A stretch of 64,000 nt of DNA from Schmidtea nova (lineage: Eukaryota), in NCBI GenBank assembly GCA_044892505.1, contig CM097883.1:392274001-392338000 (forward strand), written 5' to 3'. A program made the translations under genes and the position numbers. The number at the start of each line of letters is the position of its first letter. The stretch's first letter is position 1. Below the pieces are notes generated by a model. That model saw only the letters and a list, made by a program, of their open reading frames with translations. It was not told the DNA's origin and searched no databases. Positions 23,378 to 37,500 of the stretch are shown here, one piece after another.

Positions 23378-23845
23378 TCTATTGAGCTGATAGAACCAAA
23401 ATTTTTATTTTTTTAAATGAGTCGAAAATACACAAGCAAGTAAAAAAGCTTATTTAAAATACACGATAATACATCAAGTGTTGGGTAAAAATGTGTCCAT
23501 GTAATTTTCGTTTAAAGCGAGCGAAAACATAACATTTAAGAACCACGCAAATAATTGAGCAAATACCAAGTAAATAAAAGTAATTTAACAAGAAATATAA
23601 AAATTATTATATGAATGGGTTTTGGAATTAAGTAATTAAAATTATTTTATTAATTTAATTTTTAAATTTAATTTAACAATCTATTGAGCTGATAGATGCG
23701 AAAATTTTAATTTATCGAAAATACACAGGTACGCGATAAGCTTGTTTAAAAAACGCGATGATACATCAAAGGTTGGGTAAAAACTGTGTTCAAATAATTT
23801 TTGTTTAAAGCGAGCGATTACATAACATTTAAAGACCACGTAAGA
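23378..23845. repeat. Two diverged direct repeats of ~170-190 bp upstream of RPA2
   Basis: TCTATTGAGCTGATAGA...TTTAAAGCGAGCGA..CATAACATTTAA shared at ~23378 and ~23681. Confidence 0.7.
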
Positions 23846-26013
23846 ATATATATATATATATATATATAAATAATTTAGCAAGCACAAAGTAAGGAAAAGT
23901 AAGGAAAAAAGAATGAAAAAAAATATTAAAATTAAAATTTAAGTTAACCAAACAAGAAGCAAGAAGTAAATACGAGGAAACATAAACACACCAAATTAAC
24001 AAAAACGTCAGGTAAATTTACAAGTCAGAAAAATACTGAAAATTTTATAATTGATTTAAATAAAAAAAATTCTTTTTAAATTTTTAATAGTTTATATGAT
24101 AAAAATTAAAAATAAAAATAAATTATTTAAATTTTGTGTAAAATACTGAAAATTTTATAATTAGTTAATTAAATTTTAAATAGTTTAAATGATAAAAATT
24201 TAAAATAAAAATTTAATTATATTATTTAAATTTTGTGTAAAGTATAAAAAATTTTTTAATAAATAAAATTATTTTAAATTTTAAATTAAAATATAGATTT
24301 ATATTCAGTAAAATAAAAAAAATTCTTTTTAAATTGAATAAATTAAATGAAAAATTGATATAGAAGTTTTTGTTTAAAAACATTAATTTAATTAAATATC
24401 GAAAAATAGTATATAAGCAGCTACCATTTTCAGTTGAAATTAGAATTTAGAAAAATTTTCACGAAGACACTATTTTTTTCTGAAAAATTTAAAGAAATCT
24501 ATTTAGAATTTCATAAAATTCTAGTAAATTCTCGAGTGGTTTTATCTTGATTTTGGTAGAAATTTATTTATTCTCTTCAGTTGGGGAATACAGAGGGCAC
24601 ATGGATCGCTGCGCAAAATATGAGAGACGAGAATCAGTACTGGCCATTAATTGGTATGTCATATTAATTTCTTTTGTTCTATTATTGAATGTATCATCAG
24701 CACTCACACATTTGAAGTTCAATAAGTTATTCACTCTGACAATTCTCGATGAATAAATATGCGCCAATAAAAATTATTTTTTTTTATTTTCTTCCATACC
24801 ATCCGAGTCGTAAACAAACTGTAACATTTCCAGTATATTTGCGATGCAAATAAGGTCACATAGGCCGCAGGATGGGAGATGATTCCCCGCAAGTTTAAAT
24901 CTACGGGTTTGACGTGAATATCCAGCTTTGGCTTCATGACTGCACAGATGCAGGAGATCGACAGAAGTTGGATACACAAGGCCTTTATATTAATTGAAAG
25001 TTTTCTTTAAAGTATATTTATTCTGTGTTCTAAATAAAGATTTTCTTATAAATAACAGGAAAATTTATTTAGAAACAGTATTAAAGTCTTTAAAATACGA
25101 AATAATTGACAAAGATGCAAGAATGTAGTATATTTACATGAGATTATATTAGAGTTATGGTTGAAAGAAAGAATAAATGATTTAGAATGCAATAAAATGT
25201 TTTTTGTCAAACTTAATTGATAAGATTTCGAACGAAATAGTTGTATCATAAATTTTTTTGGGTTTCACATTTGATCTCTTTTTATTTATATCAATAATTT
25301 TCATAAATCAAGTGTGATAAAGGCTGTGCCGAAATATTGTGTACTTAACCGCCAAAATATTTTTATCTATAGTCATACATTTATGAAATAGCTGTGATTA
25401 TTATTTATAAATTATGCTTCACCAAATTTAGTTCGTTTGGTTGACATTAATAAATTTGATATATTTTGTTTTGTGAATAATAAATAATTAAATGGAAAAA
25501 ATTAACATTCGAGTTCAGCATCGAAAATGATGATACTGAAAGGACAATTTCGTTTAATTTTATATATTTTATTTATTTATGATGAAATTTTAGTTTCAGG
25601 ATTTAAAAAACAAATGATATACGAAATAAAATAAAAGTAAAGAATCACAGATTATATTTATTTAATAATAAAAAGAGGCGCAAAAATCCAAAAAGTTTAA
25701 ACTTCAAGTCCTGAGATTATCGAAAGATCTGAAAATAGAAAAATCAATATTTAGTTCACAAACAAATTGAAATTAATTTACCGGTTCAGTCATTCGTGAC
25801 TTTATTCTTATAAAAGCGAAGAGTCCTTAATATTAGGTAGTTAAAGGCCTCTTCAACTCTCCTCTCTCTCTAGAAAAAAGTGAGTTGATGGGAAAAAAAC
25901 TTTTCAGGCATTTTTGAACTGAAATCTTTTCTGAATATTTTGTATAGGATTTTCTACTTTCAGATTTTCTTCAAGTAAAAAAGGACTCTGATTTTTTTGA
26001 ACTGAATAACAAT

Positions 26014-26833
26014 TGTTGGGCTATGGGGTTGTTGGTGAAGTTTCAAAATTACCAATCAAATTTCTGTCTCCGAAAGCGTGCTTTATTAATCAATAGAATA
26101 GCAATTACAACATGAATCTTTATTGATATCACAACTAGTCTCACAATTACACTGGCACACTCAAGAAATAATCTGAGCAATTATACAGTGCTTTTTACAA
26201 CACTATTGTGAGGAATAGTAGTGGTATATAATTTCTATCTAACGATCACCGACTACTGATTTAGATTTAATAATGGGTAACTAACTATTTGTTTTCTTTA
26301 CTCTGACTTGAAATTCGGCTCACAACCTTTCAATAAATATTTCAATTATATCTAATAATAAACTTCTGTTGCAAATTCTCGCCTTAATACTTCTCCACAA
26401 AAGTCTCCGCAAAAACCTCTCCGCAAATTTCTGTCTAAAACTGTTGTCTCTTTCTTTTTATAGTTTGCCATTCTCCGTCACTTGTGATGATTTGCTTTTT
26501 TCCCATTCCTGCCGCTGGCATTTCCAATTTTCTTGTTTAGCTCCCGTAATTGCCCATAGCCGTTCGGCACTCAGGATAATTTTTTGTGTTTTGTGTTTTG
26601 TTTTCCAATTTCTGAATTCATTTCTGTTTTTTTGCATTTATTAATTATAAGTGACCTTTCTCCCCTTCGATGTTTAGTTGCTTTTCTTTTGTTATTCCTT
26701 CCTCATTTCCCAATTTTGTGCTTTTCTTTTTTCTTCTCTGAACTCCAGAATGCTATGTCAATATTCATATCGGTTTTCCCCCAAGATATTCAAATTGTTT
26801 ATTATATTATTTGTTATTTAGGTATCCTCAACA
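26014..26833 (-). mobile_element. Solo-LTR-like repeat; inverted homolog at ~50880-51625
   Basis: TGTTGG..CAACA termini; extended similarity to 50.9-51.6 kb on the opposite strand. Confidence 0.6.
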
Positions 26834-26869
<36 letters not shown>

Positions 26870-27107
26870 TATAACAATTAAATTATAGAGAATATATTAT
26901 GAATGTATTATTTTGACAATCCTCTATACTAACAGCTTTCTAATCAATCAATCAAACCAACTAAATAATTAACAAATACTTAATTCAGCCAACAAACTAA
27001 TACCTCCCAATCAGTGAATAAACAAACCAAGTACTCACTAACTAACTACTTCTACACATAAACCAACTAGTTCTACTTCTTAATCATATAGCAATCAACC
27101 AACAAAT

Positions 27108-27440
27108 TGTTGGTGTATGTGTTGTTAAAAATTGCTGTCACTAGAAATTATGTTAACCTGCCCACCATCATAAAAATGTAAAATCTCCGTCACTTGTGTA
27201 CCCATAGTTACTCCTTGGTAAACTATGCTGGTAATGCACACAGTGGTGCGAGAATTCAATAAGTAGGCGAGCTATGTTACCTAAACTACTGCTCATTGTA
27301 TTCTCTCTTTCGAGTTTTTGCTGTTGATAGAAGAACTTACTGTATCTTTCAAAGGTCCTCTTAAACTTTTAAACTCATAACTTGCTATAACACCGCTTAA
27401 TGATATTTAACATCTACGCCTATCTATTTCCCAGAATATT
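27108..27440 (-). repeat. Dispersed LTR-end-like repeat family (other copies ~34608, ~35826, ~37495)
   Basis: Shared GTGTACCCATAGTTACT..TGGTAA..GAATTCAATGAGCAG blocks. Confidence 0.7.
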
Positions 27441-28513
27441 TGAATACCCCACCTATAATTCTTAGTTCTATTCGCAATTACTCCATATTTCCCTTTTTTC
27501 GCCTCTTTTTGCGAGTATTTAATTTTCGACGTATTAAAACAAGTTTTTTATTTCAGTTCAATCAGTCTAACAAAACTAAAAATTCACTCTATACACATTA
27601 CCCAACCGGCAACCAAGTGCTTACTTACCAACTAGTTCTTCACATTAACCAACTAGATCTACAAATCAACCAACTAGTTCTACTCATTAAACCTATACCA
27701 ATCAACCAATACACTACCAATTTTCTATATACACAAGCATTCCACCAACAAACTAACAACTAGTTCTTTACAATCATCAACTTCAAATTAGTCATCAAAA
27801 TACCAAAGAGCTCGATGTATACTATCTATTAATCAATCAAGCACCTACTAAAATGTCTTTGTACATTTTGTTCTATGTAACTAAAAACAATAATTTTTCA
27901 GCTGAAGATTTTGCTAAATTATTAAAAGACAAATATGTATTATAAATTTCACAAAAAACATTTTGTTTTTCAATTTTATTTGCGCTAAGTGTGTCTGCAT
28001 CTTTTCATCTATTCCTTTCATGTTTGTTTTGTTTAATTTGACTAAGCCGACTTTTATTTCAGACGATGTGTTCGACAGCGAACCTCAATTTGACTTAGAT
28101 AAGGTTCCCACTGAAACTGTTATCATAAAACAAAATTTCAATTTCCATGAAAATTCATTTGACTTCTACGAAATCGCATTTACTTTTGTCACAAAATTTA
28201 AGCTTATATTCCAAATTATTATTTCAGGCGCTACCGCAAACTTCCGTTTTGAATATACTAATCCCGCCGAAGCATCATTCAATTGAGTAAATTGTGAGAC
28301 GATGGGCAGTTTTATCGATATTCATAAAAATGTTGAATTATTAATACAAAATAGAATATCTCTTTCTGACTGAAAGTCATACAATTTGAAGTATCGGTCT
28401 TCACGTAGACCTCGTACAAAACAAAATCTCACAAATCTTCATAAACTATGCAATCAGTCTGCCAGCTTTACTAATGAGGACATCACCAATGAAAATCAGG
28501 AAACCAACAATAT

Positions 28514-29381
28514 TGTTGAGGATACCTAAAAATTAAAATTAGATAATTATAAAAATGATTTGGGGAAATTAAAAAAATAAAAGGAATGCTGTCCCAGAAT
28601 TCTGAGATGCGGGAGTGAAAGAGTGAAATCGAAAAATGAGAAGAAAATATCAAAAATCAATGAAATCAAACAATGGAACAAATAAAGGTCATTATTAGTC
28701 AACAAGTACAAAGTTAAAAGAAAAAACAAAATTTAAAAACAGAACATAATCTTGACAGATAATCAAAAATAGGAGAAGGATTAACCGTACGAATTGGAAG
28801 AGATTTCCAAGATAACATTGACAGGACTAAAATTAAAATTCTTAGCTAATTTCTTTTCTCTAATAAAATTTTCTCTCCGAAACAATTTGCCTTTTAAATC
28901 TTTACCAAACCAGACTTTTGCTTTCCCTTTTATTGCTCACCATTTTCTGGATCTCGAGATAAATTTTGTTTTTCCGGATTTTTCCTCCAGCATACGTCAC
29001 ATTATTTTCCTAGATCCCACATTATCTCTGACATCTGTCAAGATTTGCCGTTTCTCTCTTTTTGCTGATCCGCTCTTTTTTCTGTATTCCTGATATCTCT
29101 CACAATCTTTCAAGATATAACTTTTCTTCTTGCTTTTGTTTTCCAATTTTGAAATTACTTTCTGCTTCTGTTTTTGTACTTGTTAATAATTACTGACCTT
29201 TTCCTGATTTGTTGTTTGATTTCTTTGATTTTGTTATCTTTTCCTCATTTCTCCATTTTTTGTTTTTCTTTCTTCTTCTCCAATTTCCAGAAGATCGTCT
29301 CATTTTTCTTATTGGTCTTCCCTCCAATTATTTTGTTTATTTATGATGATATTTAATTTTATTATTTAGTTATCCCCAACA
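28514..29381. mobile_element. Fold-back element with ~250-bp imperfect inverted arms related to the 26.0-26.8 kb repeat family
   Basis: TGTTGAGGATACC.. and ..TTATCCCCAACA termini, mutually inverted arms, flanks ATAT/ATAC. Confidence 0.55.
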
Positions 29382-29749
29382 ATACTTACAAATGTAGTTA
29401 ATTCATATTAAAGCAGTGTGTTATATACAGATTATGTGTTTGAATGTTTTTTTAATTTCTAGGAAATAGGTTACACGATCCCGAGTGACCGAAGGAGGTA
29501 ATGGATACCGGGACCAGTGCGAACGCATCAGCGCTATCCCATCGGCTCTGGAAATCTAGTTATATATTTACCAAAGTTCTAAGTATAACTTTTGTAATAA
29601 AAACAACATCTAAATTTAACCAGCTTCCGGTTGGTGTTGAATACAAAATAATTGATTATGTTGATTTAACCGGGAATTTTTAACCAATCAAGGAATGACT
29701 TTGGGAAATATAAATATTAAAATTATTACTTTCACTTCATACAAACAAA

Positions 29750-30664
29750 ATGAAATTATTATTTCTCCTGTCAATGGCTATTCAGTGCCAATCGCAGATG
29801 TTATTCATCGGTAAGATGACATGCGTATTTACCGTAGCGAATGTGCTAACGGCGAACAACATTTTCGATTGTGCGAACAAATGTATTGTAAGCAATTGTC
29901 AATTGTTCGTTTTCGATGGAGCAACTAGCTGCAAATTCTACTTGTTCCAACAGACCTGCCAATCAGACACAACGTGCACCTATGTAAAGGCCTTCTACAA
30001 CAGTAACTCTCAAGATAATGTAAGCTTTGTCATTATAATGATTCCACAGAAGTCAAATATATATATATATATATTTTAGTTTTCCGCTCCAAATACGGCC
30101 AGATTTCAATTATTGAAAGGAATAAATTTCCAGCTGCCTTCAAGTTCATTATCTCCCTACACCATTACCAATTCAGCAAAAACGGAACCTGTACTGGTTG
30201 GACCTTCTGGTGGAGTACAGATTGGAGCTGGGAATAATAACAATAGTAAAATGATAATCTGGTACACCACGGACCTCATTACCAACATGAATTCCCGGAG
30301 TTCAGCCATGCAATTTCTAGCAAATAATATCGTGAAATATCTAACTCTTGGTAGGTGTGCTTGGTATGGCAATTGTTATGCACCTATTGAGAACTACAAA
30401 AATTTTGTCGGGGTTAGAAACATGATTTTCGGGGTTGTTCCAACTTCTAGTTTCAATCTTACTGATTTCCAAACAAACAGTCAACTTTATCAATGGCACG
30501 TCACAATGACGGGAAATTACTTTACGAGCACCATTACAAATACGATAAGAGATTTATTAAGTTCTTATGGGTATTGCGCTTCGTATGCATCTGGAGTATT
30601 GGTATCCATAATTAGTGACAATATCTGCAATCCGGTCACTGTTATTCCCCAACCGTGCTTATGA
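29750..30664 (+). CDS. Secreted protein (~284 aa) with N-terminal PAN/Apple-like domain and unrecognised C-terminal domain; intron 30020-30079
   Basis: Signal peptide MKLLFLLSMAIQCQS and DCANKC..NCQLFVF..SCKFY pattern. A 60-nt GTAAGC..TTTTAG intron joins the two ORFs in frame. Confidence 0.75.
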
Positions 30665-31506
30665 TATCCTTTCGATAGGATCTGCACACGATGGCAATAA
30701 AGATAATCTCAGAACTGATTGCAACGTCCCCTGTTCGAACTGCGTTTACTTATTCAAATTTTACTCTAAAACATCTTTACCTTTTTTCACACATTAAGCT
30801 GCAAATATATTATGAAATTGTCAAAAGTTTTTATCATTAATAATATTTATATAATAATAATAATAAAATTATAATTATAGTCATAACAATAGTAATAAAT
30901 AATAATAATATTAATATAATAAAAATAAAATAATAATAATAATAATAAAAATAAAAATAATATTAATATAATAAAAAAAATAATTNNNNNNNNNNNNNNN
31001 NNNNNNNNNNNNNNNNNNNNNNNNNNNNNNNNNNNNNNNNNNNNNNNNNNNNNNNNNNNNNNNNNNNNNNNNNNNNNNNNNNNNNNNNNNNNNNNNNNNN
31101 NNNNNNNNNNNNNNNNNNNNNNNNNNNNNNNNNNNNNNNNNNNNNNNNNNNNNNNNNNNNNNNNNNNNNNNNNNNNNNNNNNNNNNNNNNNNNNNNNNNN
31201 NNNNNNNNNNNNNNNNNNNNNNNNNNNNNNNNNNNNNNNNNNNNNNNNACGAGTTGTACTTTATGTTCAATTGTTAGCTGACCGAAGCATCAGATAAGGT
31301 ATGTTGGTCCAGATAAACATCTGACTCTTGTCCGTTGCTCTTGTCCGTGGACAATTGTGTATTCATTTAATATTTATATCAACTAGAAAAATCGACTTTG
31401 AAATTAATATTTATAATTAATATATAAAATGAGTCAATAAAATATATATTTATGTTTGAAGACTTTATAAAAATGAATAAAAAAAATATATATATATATA
31501 TATATT

Positions 31507-34500
31507 TCAACAAGATGTTCCGAAACAAGGTTCCGATAGAAATAATTCCGGACAAGCTGGACCACCATTTAGCGCTGGTCTAAGCACAGATCGCCACATA
31601 AATTTCTCCCCAACACCACAAGTCGTAGAACATGGACCCCAATGTGACCATTCAGAGACTTTACAAGCTTTGATAGGAGCAGTTTTCATAAAGTCAATCT
31701 GATCTGGCATGCAAGCCTTGATGCATCCGTAATACGATGGAAAGTTATTACTGTTCCCATCACAGCCGGTGTACTTGAACTGTCTACAACGTCCGTTTCT
31801 GTTGTCATAATAATATCGTATTTCAGGCTTCATTGTATTATCACAGTTCATTCCGCCGTATTTTACTTCAAGTCGACATTGGCTAGCTATAGCTGGGACT
31901 TTCTTTCGTCTATCTGAATTCGACTGAGACTGAAACTGTAGATGAGCCATTTTGTCTTTTCTCCACTGGGGAAGTGCATTTACTGCTTCTAAACAAGTCT
32001 TTTCGCATGACATTTTCGACGGAAAGTTATTTAGACTTCCTTTGCAACCAAGGTATTTAAAAGGCAAACAATTATGTTTGGCAGCATCATAAAAATACCT
32101 TGTTACAGGTTTGCCGCATTTGCTGCCCATTACTAAGCCTTCACTGCATATAATCACTGGATCACATAATGCGGTGTCTTTATTGCACCGTTTTTCTTCC
32201 GCAATCTCTAGTCGTTTTTCATGTTTCTGGAGACATTTTTCTTTTTCTTCAATTCTAGCAAACATTCGAGATCTTTGTTGGTATCCATGCATTTCGCAGG
32301 TTGCATTGCATGGTCCCCATCTTGACCAAGAAAGGAGGCTACATGGTGCAGAGAAATCACATGAACGTTTTCTCCCTTCACATGTCTAAAATTAATATAA
32401 ATATTATCATTACTCTTTAAATTTATACAAAAAAAAATTATTTGAACCAATATATTTGTGAAAAATTTACACTTGTCGTAAGAGAATAAATTATGCCTCT
32501 ATAAATATAGAAAATCGATTTTCAAATAACATTGAAATAAAAATTACATGTTTATTTAAAATTAAAAGTTATGGTAAATTTTCAATTTTTTAAAGATCCA
32601 GTTTAACATATTATTTATGTTTCACAAAGAAATGATAGGGATACAACCATCTATCACTTTAGTAGTAGTTATGTTCCTAGAAATTGGTACATCAGCTGTC
32701 ATTTATTATATCCAAATGAGACATATTTTAAGTGGAGTTAGCAGTAATTTAGTAAGTTTCTGTTATATTTTAAATATTAAAATGATATTTTTAATTTTTA
32801 AATTAAATATAATTATGCGTTTTTATAAAAATTTGAGCATGTTTCTAATTTATTTTGTTAAAAGGTAATATTTTAAAAATATTTATTTAAGGTAAATTTT
32901 ATTTAAAGGATAATTTATGTCTTTCTATGAGATTCTTCAACACGTAAAATCGTCATTAGCTTTCGGAATAACCAAAAAATTTCAAAAAATTATTTTTTTT
33001 TAAATTTAAAATTCCCGTAATTAACGGGAAATTTTTATGTCCAGTTAATTTATGTCCCCACGTGTGTATTTTTGTTATATGATTCTTGTGTGTCGTGTGT
33101 GTGCGTTTTTTGACCTAATTTATTATTCTGCTCTACTATAGTATAAGCCCGTAATTTATGACTGCTCTTAATTTTTGTCAATATCTGCAGTCGGTATGTA
33201 TTTTTTATATATAATTTAAATCATTATTATAGATAACCTTAATTGTTGTCGGTCTCACTCTTGATTCAAATTAAATTAAAACTATAAATAAGCAACATTC
33301 TATACACACGCAAATTACAGCGTAAAACCAGAAATAGATCTATATAATTTTTGCCGCAAAATCTGGGACATATTATGTTTGTATGTATATAATATCTATG
33401 TAAAAGATGTGTAATGCGCATTAAATATATAAATAGTAATGATAAAAATTTTAAATAGTAAATAAATATGGTACAGTATACCTTGAATCAGGTGATAATT
33501 TGTGATTTGTTTTTTAGAGTAAATAAATCTGTTGTGTTGGATTTCGATTATTTGATTTATAAAGAAAGGACACGAGGAGTCAGAGATTAACGGCTTACAA
33601 AATAATAACCCAACCAACCTCTTACTGAGATATGACGAAAAGAATATTTAGTTAAGGATTTGCATTATTTGTTATAAACCTCTTAGGCTTATTAAAATTT
33701 TCCAAACATTAATAATATCAAATTCATATTCCTCTACTTCTTCAATATCTTCATTATCTGATGAAGCATCAGGAAATTGACTACTGAATATATCATTACG
33801 ATCTTAAATATTTCTTCAATAATATTTTTCTTACTAAATTATCAGAGATGGAAAAGATAATTTCATAATTTCATAATTTATTTCATTATTTCATAATTTC
33901 ATAATTTGATTCATAATTTCCTAATTTATTTCATAATTTCATAATTTATTTCCTAATTTATTTCATAATTTCATAATTTATTTCATAATTTCATAATTTA
34001 TTTCATAATTTCCTAATTTATTTCCTAATTTATTTCATAATTTCATAATTTATTTCATAATTTCATAATTTATTTCATAATATCATAATTTTATAATTTC
34101 ATAATTTCATAATTTATTTCATAATTTCATAATTTTATAATTTCCTAATTTCCTAATTTATTTCATAATTCCCTAACTTCCTAATTTATTTCATAATTTC
34201 ATAATTTATTTCTTAATTTCCTAATTAATTTCATAATTTCCTAATTTATTTCATAATTTCATAATTTATTTCATAATTTCATAATTTATTTCATAATTTC
34301 ATAATTTATTTCATAATTTTATAATTTACTTCATAATTTCACAATTTCCTAATTTATTTCATAATTTATTTCGTAATTTCTTAATTTATTTCATAATTTC
34401 ATTTATTCCATAATTCCCTAATTCCATAATTCCATAATTCCATAATTCATTTCCATAAACCATATCACAATTAAAATCATCAAGAGTCATAGTATTAGGA

Positions 34501-37500
34501 ATTTCCTATTTATCGATTTCTACTTGTATATCATTTATTTCCCAAATTTCAATTTTGATTACTTCATTTGATTATTCCGAGGCCACAACATATTCCTTTA
34601 CACAACATATTGGTGAATGGGTCGTTAAAAGTTATTGTCACTAGGGTTACCGTAACCCACACATCTTTATGAAAATATTAAATTTTCCTCACTCGTGCAG
34701 CTCTAGTTACTCTTTGGTAAATACGTCATAAAAATACCCAATAGTGTAAAAGTTCAATGGGCAGCTGAGCTTTGTTGCCAAAACTACTCGTTGCATTATT
34801 GACAAAAAATCAATTTTTCCTTTAATTAAACGGAAATTGGATATTTTTAAATAAAATAATTATTTCATCCATTACAAAATAATTGAGTTATTTAATTAAC
34901 CATCTTGTTCTAAAATAAAATTGGGCAGGGGTTAAGCTGATTGGCCTTTTCTTAATTTTTAGACTAAGAAATGGACAATTAAAACAATAAATCAATAATA
35001 TTATGTCTATCTTTTATGCATGTGATGTATTTTGTAAATTTTTCAAACAAAAAATTATTTAATTATTAAAAATACAATTTAAAAAATAACCGAACAAAAT
35101 TTTAATTATTCATAGATGGTTTGCCAAATAGAAGTAAATAAATGAAATAAAGTCGTTACCTATAAAGTCGTATATATAGGTAAAGATACTGGTATTTGTT
35201 TAAGTCAGTTATTATTTAGTTAATATATTTCAGCACTTACTTTAAAATGTACATAGCAAGCGTGTAATATCGCAGTGTCATTCGTTTTCTATTTATGAAA
35301 AGCAAGAGTAGCGAAAAAGTCAAAACAGAGCTGAGTAGAGAACATACAGTTCCTATTACTCGAAACTTGTTCAAAAAATAAGAAATCTCTGAAAGAAAAG
35401 AGAAAAGTGTGCGTGTTTTATTACTTACTCTAATGTTCCATTCACGCAAGTGAAGTTTCAATGGGCACAATTGAGAGTTGTGGATTTAACGTGCTTCACC
35501 ATCCTTACAGTCCTGATTTGGCTCCATCGAATTTCTACTTGTTTATTACCTCAAGAAATCCCTAGAAGTCCAACAGTTTGCAACAAAAAAACTATTTGAA
35601 AGATGCAGCAACACATTTTATGGGTGAAGTCTCAGAATTTCTTCAAAATCGCCTTCTAAAATTTGGTTACACACTGAAAAACATTTGTCAATGTAAATAG
35701 ATATGACTTGCTTATTGTAAATACTAAATTTATTTGCGTTCATTTATTTATTTCTATGCAAGTCTCACTACCTATTGGGCGCACCATGTAATTATGCATT
35801 ATTTTGTTGCAGTAAATCTTTAACTATTGTTACTAGAGATTATTGTAACCCACAAACCATGAAAATGATAAATTTGTCTCACTCGTGTACCCATAGTTAC
35901 TCATTGGTAAATACGTTAGAAATGTACACTGTGCGTGAAAATTCAATGAGCAGCTGAGATTTGTGGCTAGAACTACTCCTCATTGAATTCTGTCTTTTGG
36001 ATTCCTGATGCCGATAAAAGGTCCTACGTGCATAATTTCTTTATCTTTCTAAGGTCCTCTTAACTTATTTATTCATATCTTTAAAAACATCGTCTATAAC
36101 TAACCATTCTCTACATCTATTTGTCTTTTCCTTTACACCCATTCATTTCTCAAAAGATTTGACAGCGTTCCGCCTGCATTTTTCCATCTAAGTTATAAAT
36201 GTCCTATCTTTACTTCAAAGATTTTCACAGGATTCTGCCTGTATTTCTTATGCTTCAACTTCAGGAGTTTACATTATTTCTCCTATCTAGTTTAGCGCTG
36301 GGTAAGTCTGCAAAACCATGTCAAGCATGTTCCGCTTATTCAAGACTGTCAAAGTCCCCGAGAAATCTCTGAAGACTCGGTTTTATTCAATTTAAACAAT
36401 TTTAGTCAGAGCATTAAAATACTGAACAAAACAAGATAACAGTTTTTTACTTCAAATATTTATTGCAAATTTCAATTAAGCTTCACAAATATAAAGTACA
36501 AAAATATATTAAAATTTTATAAAAATTTTAAAAATTAATATGTTCTAGAGTAAACTGGTATGGTTGAACGCAAAATTGAGAGAAAAATCCGAATATAATA
36601 ATAAAAATTTAGTGAATGGAAGATAATAAGGAAAAAACAAATTAATTAACTTATAGAAAGCTCGAGCCAATTGGAAACCCAAAATAATGGGAAGCCCGAG
36701 CGGTGTGGGAAACCCGGGATGTGAAGAAATTCGTATGGAAAGCCTGGGTAATGAATAAAATAATTAATATCATTTAGAATAGATCAGCTAGAGAGCTGGT
36801 CAGGAGAACTGTTCCGGAATTACGTAAATAATTGTCAAACAACAATCAAAATGGTTTGACAGCGACAATATAAAAAAGAGAGTTGTTAAAATCAAAAACG
36901 GCAAAAACCTGGAAACAGAGCCGGAGTGTATACCATTGATTTACACAGGCCCGTTCTTTGCGGGAGTGCAGAAAGTGCCCGCACGTGAGCCACCAAGTCG
37001 AAGGGCGGCCGCCGACCAGCTATTATTATATTTAAAAAAATAAAATTTTTAAAAAATTGATTTTAATTTGGAGTACTAAACTGTAAAAAAATCAATGTAA
37101 TAATATCCATGGTTTTTTGTATTCTTTCCATTCAATAGATTCAGATATTTTTAAAAAATGTTGCTTGGATTTGTAAGTTTTTCTACAAATAAATGTTAAG
37201 GATATTATAGAAAAAGACTTGAATGGTTTTGAATTATTTAACGAAATATAACGTTTTAGGGAATTATTTCTAACTGCGGTAAAGTCTGTAATGACTTTGA
37301 ATTACATCCTTAATATCCTCATTTCCCAATTTTTCAAAAGCGATAAGAATTTTTTAACACTGCCTGTAACTGTAGCATCTGGAGAAAGAAGTTTTCTAAG
37401 TAATTAAATCATTTACAACGGAGTTCAAGTACAGTGACAATTATATTTTTTTTGAAAAATCAATAAATTTGTTATGTTGGATTTTTATCAATTGACACGA

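Noticed and set aside
24564-24990. Semi-open minus-strand frames with a CGLCDLIC motif
   Set aside because: No recognisable homology or splice model; cannot be supported
27136-27330. Apparent conserved peptide (LLIEFSHHCVHY..SNYGYT) in the dispersed repeat family
   Set aside because: Copies carry indels and stops freely, and the termini look like LTR ends, so it is probably noncoding
27963-28500. Coding-like ORF remnants
   Set aside because: Stops on both strands and no identifiable domain
33862-34455. Repeat array considered as CRISPR-like
   Set aside because: No unique spacers, eukaryotic context; an ordinary minisatellite
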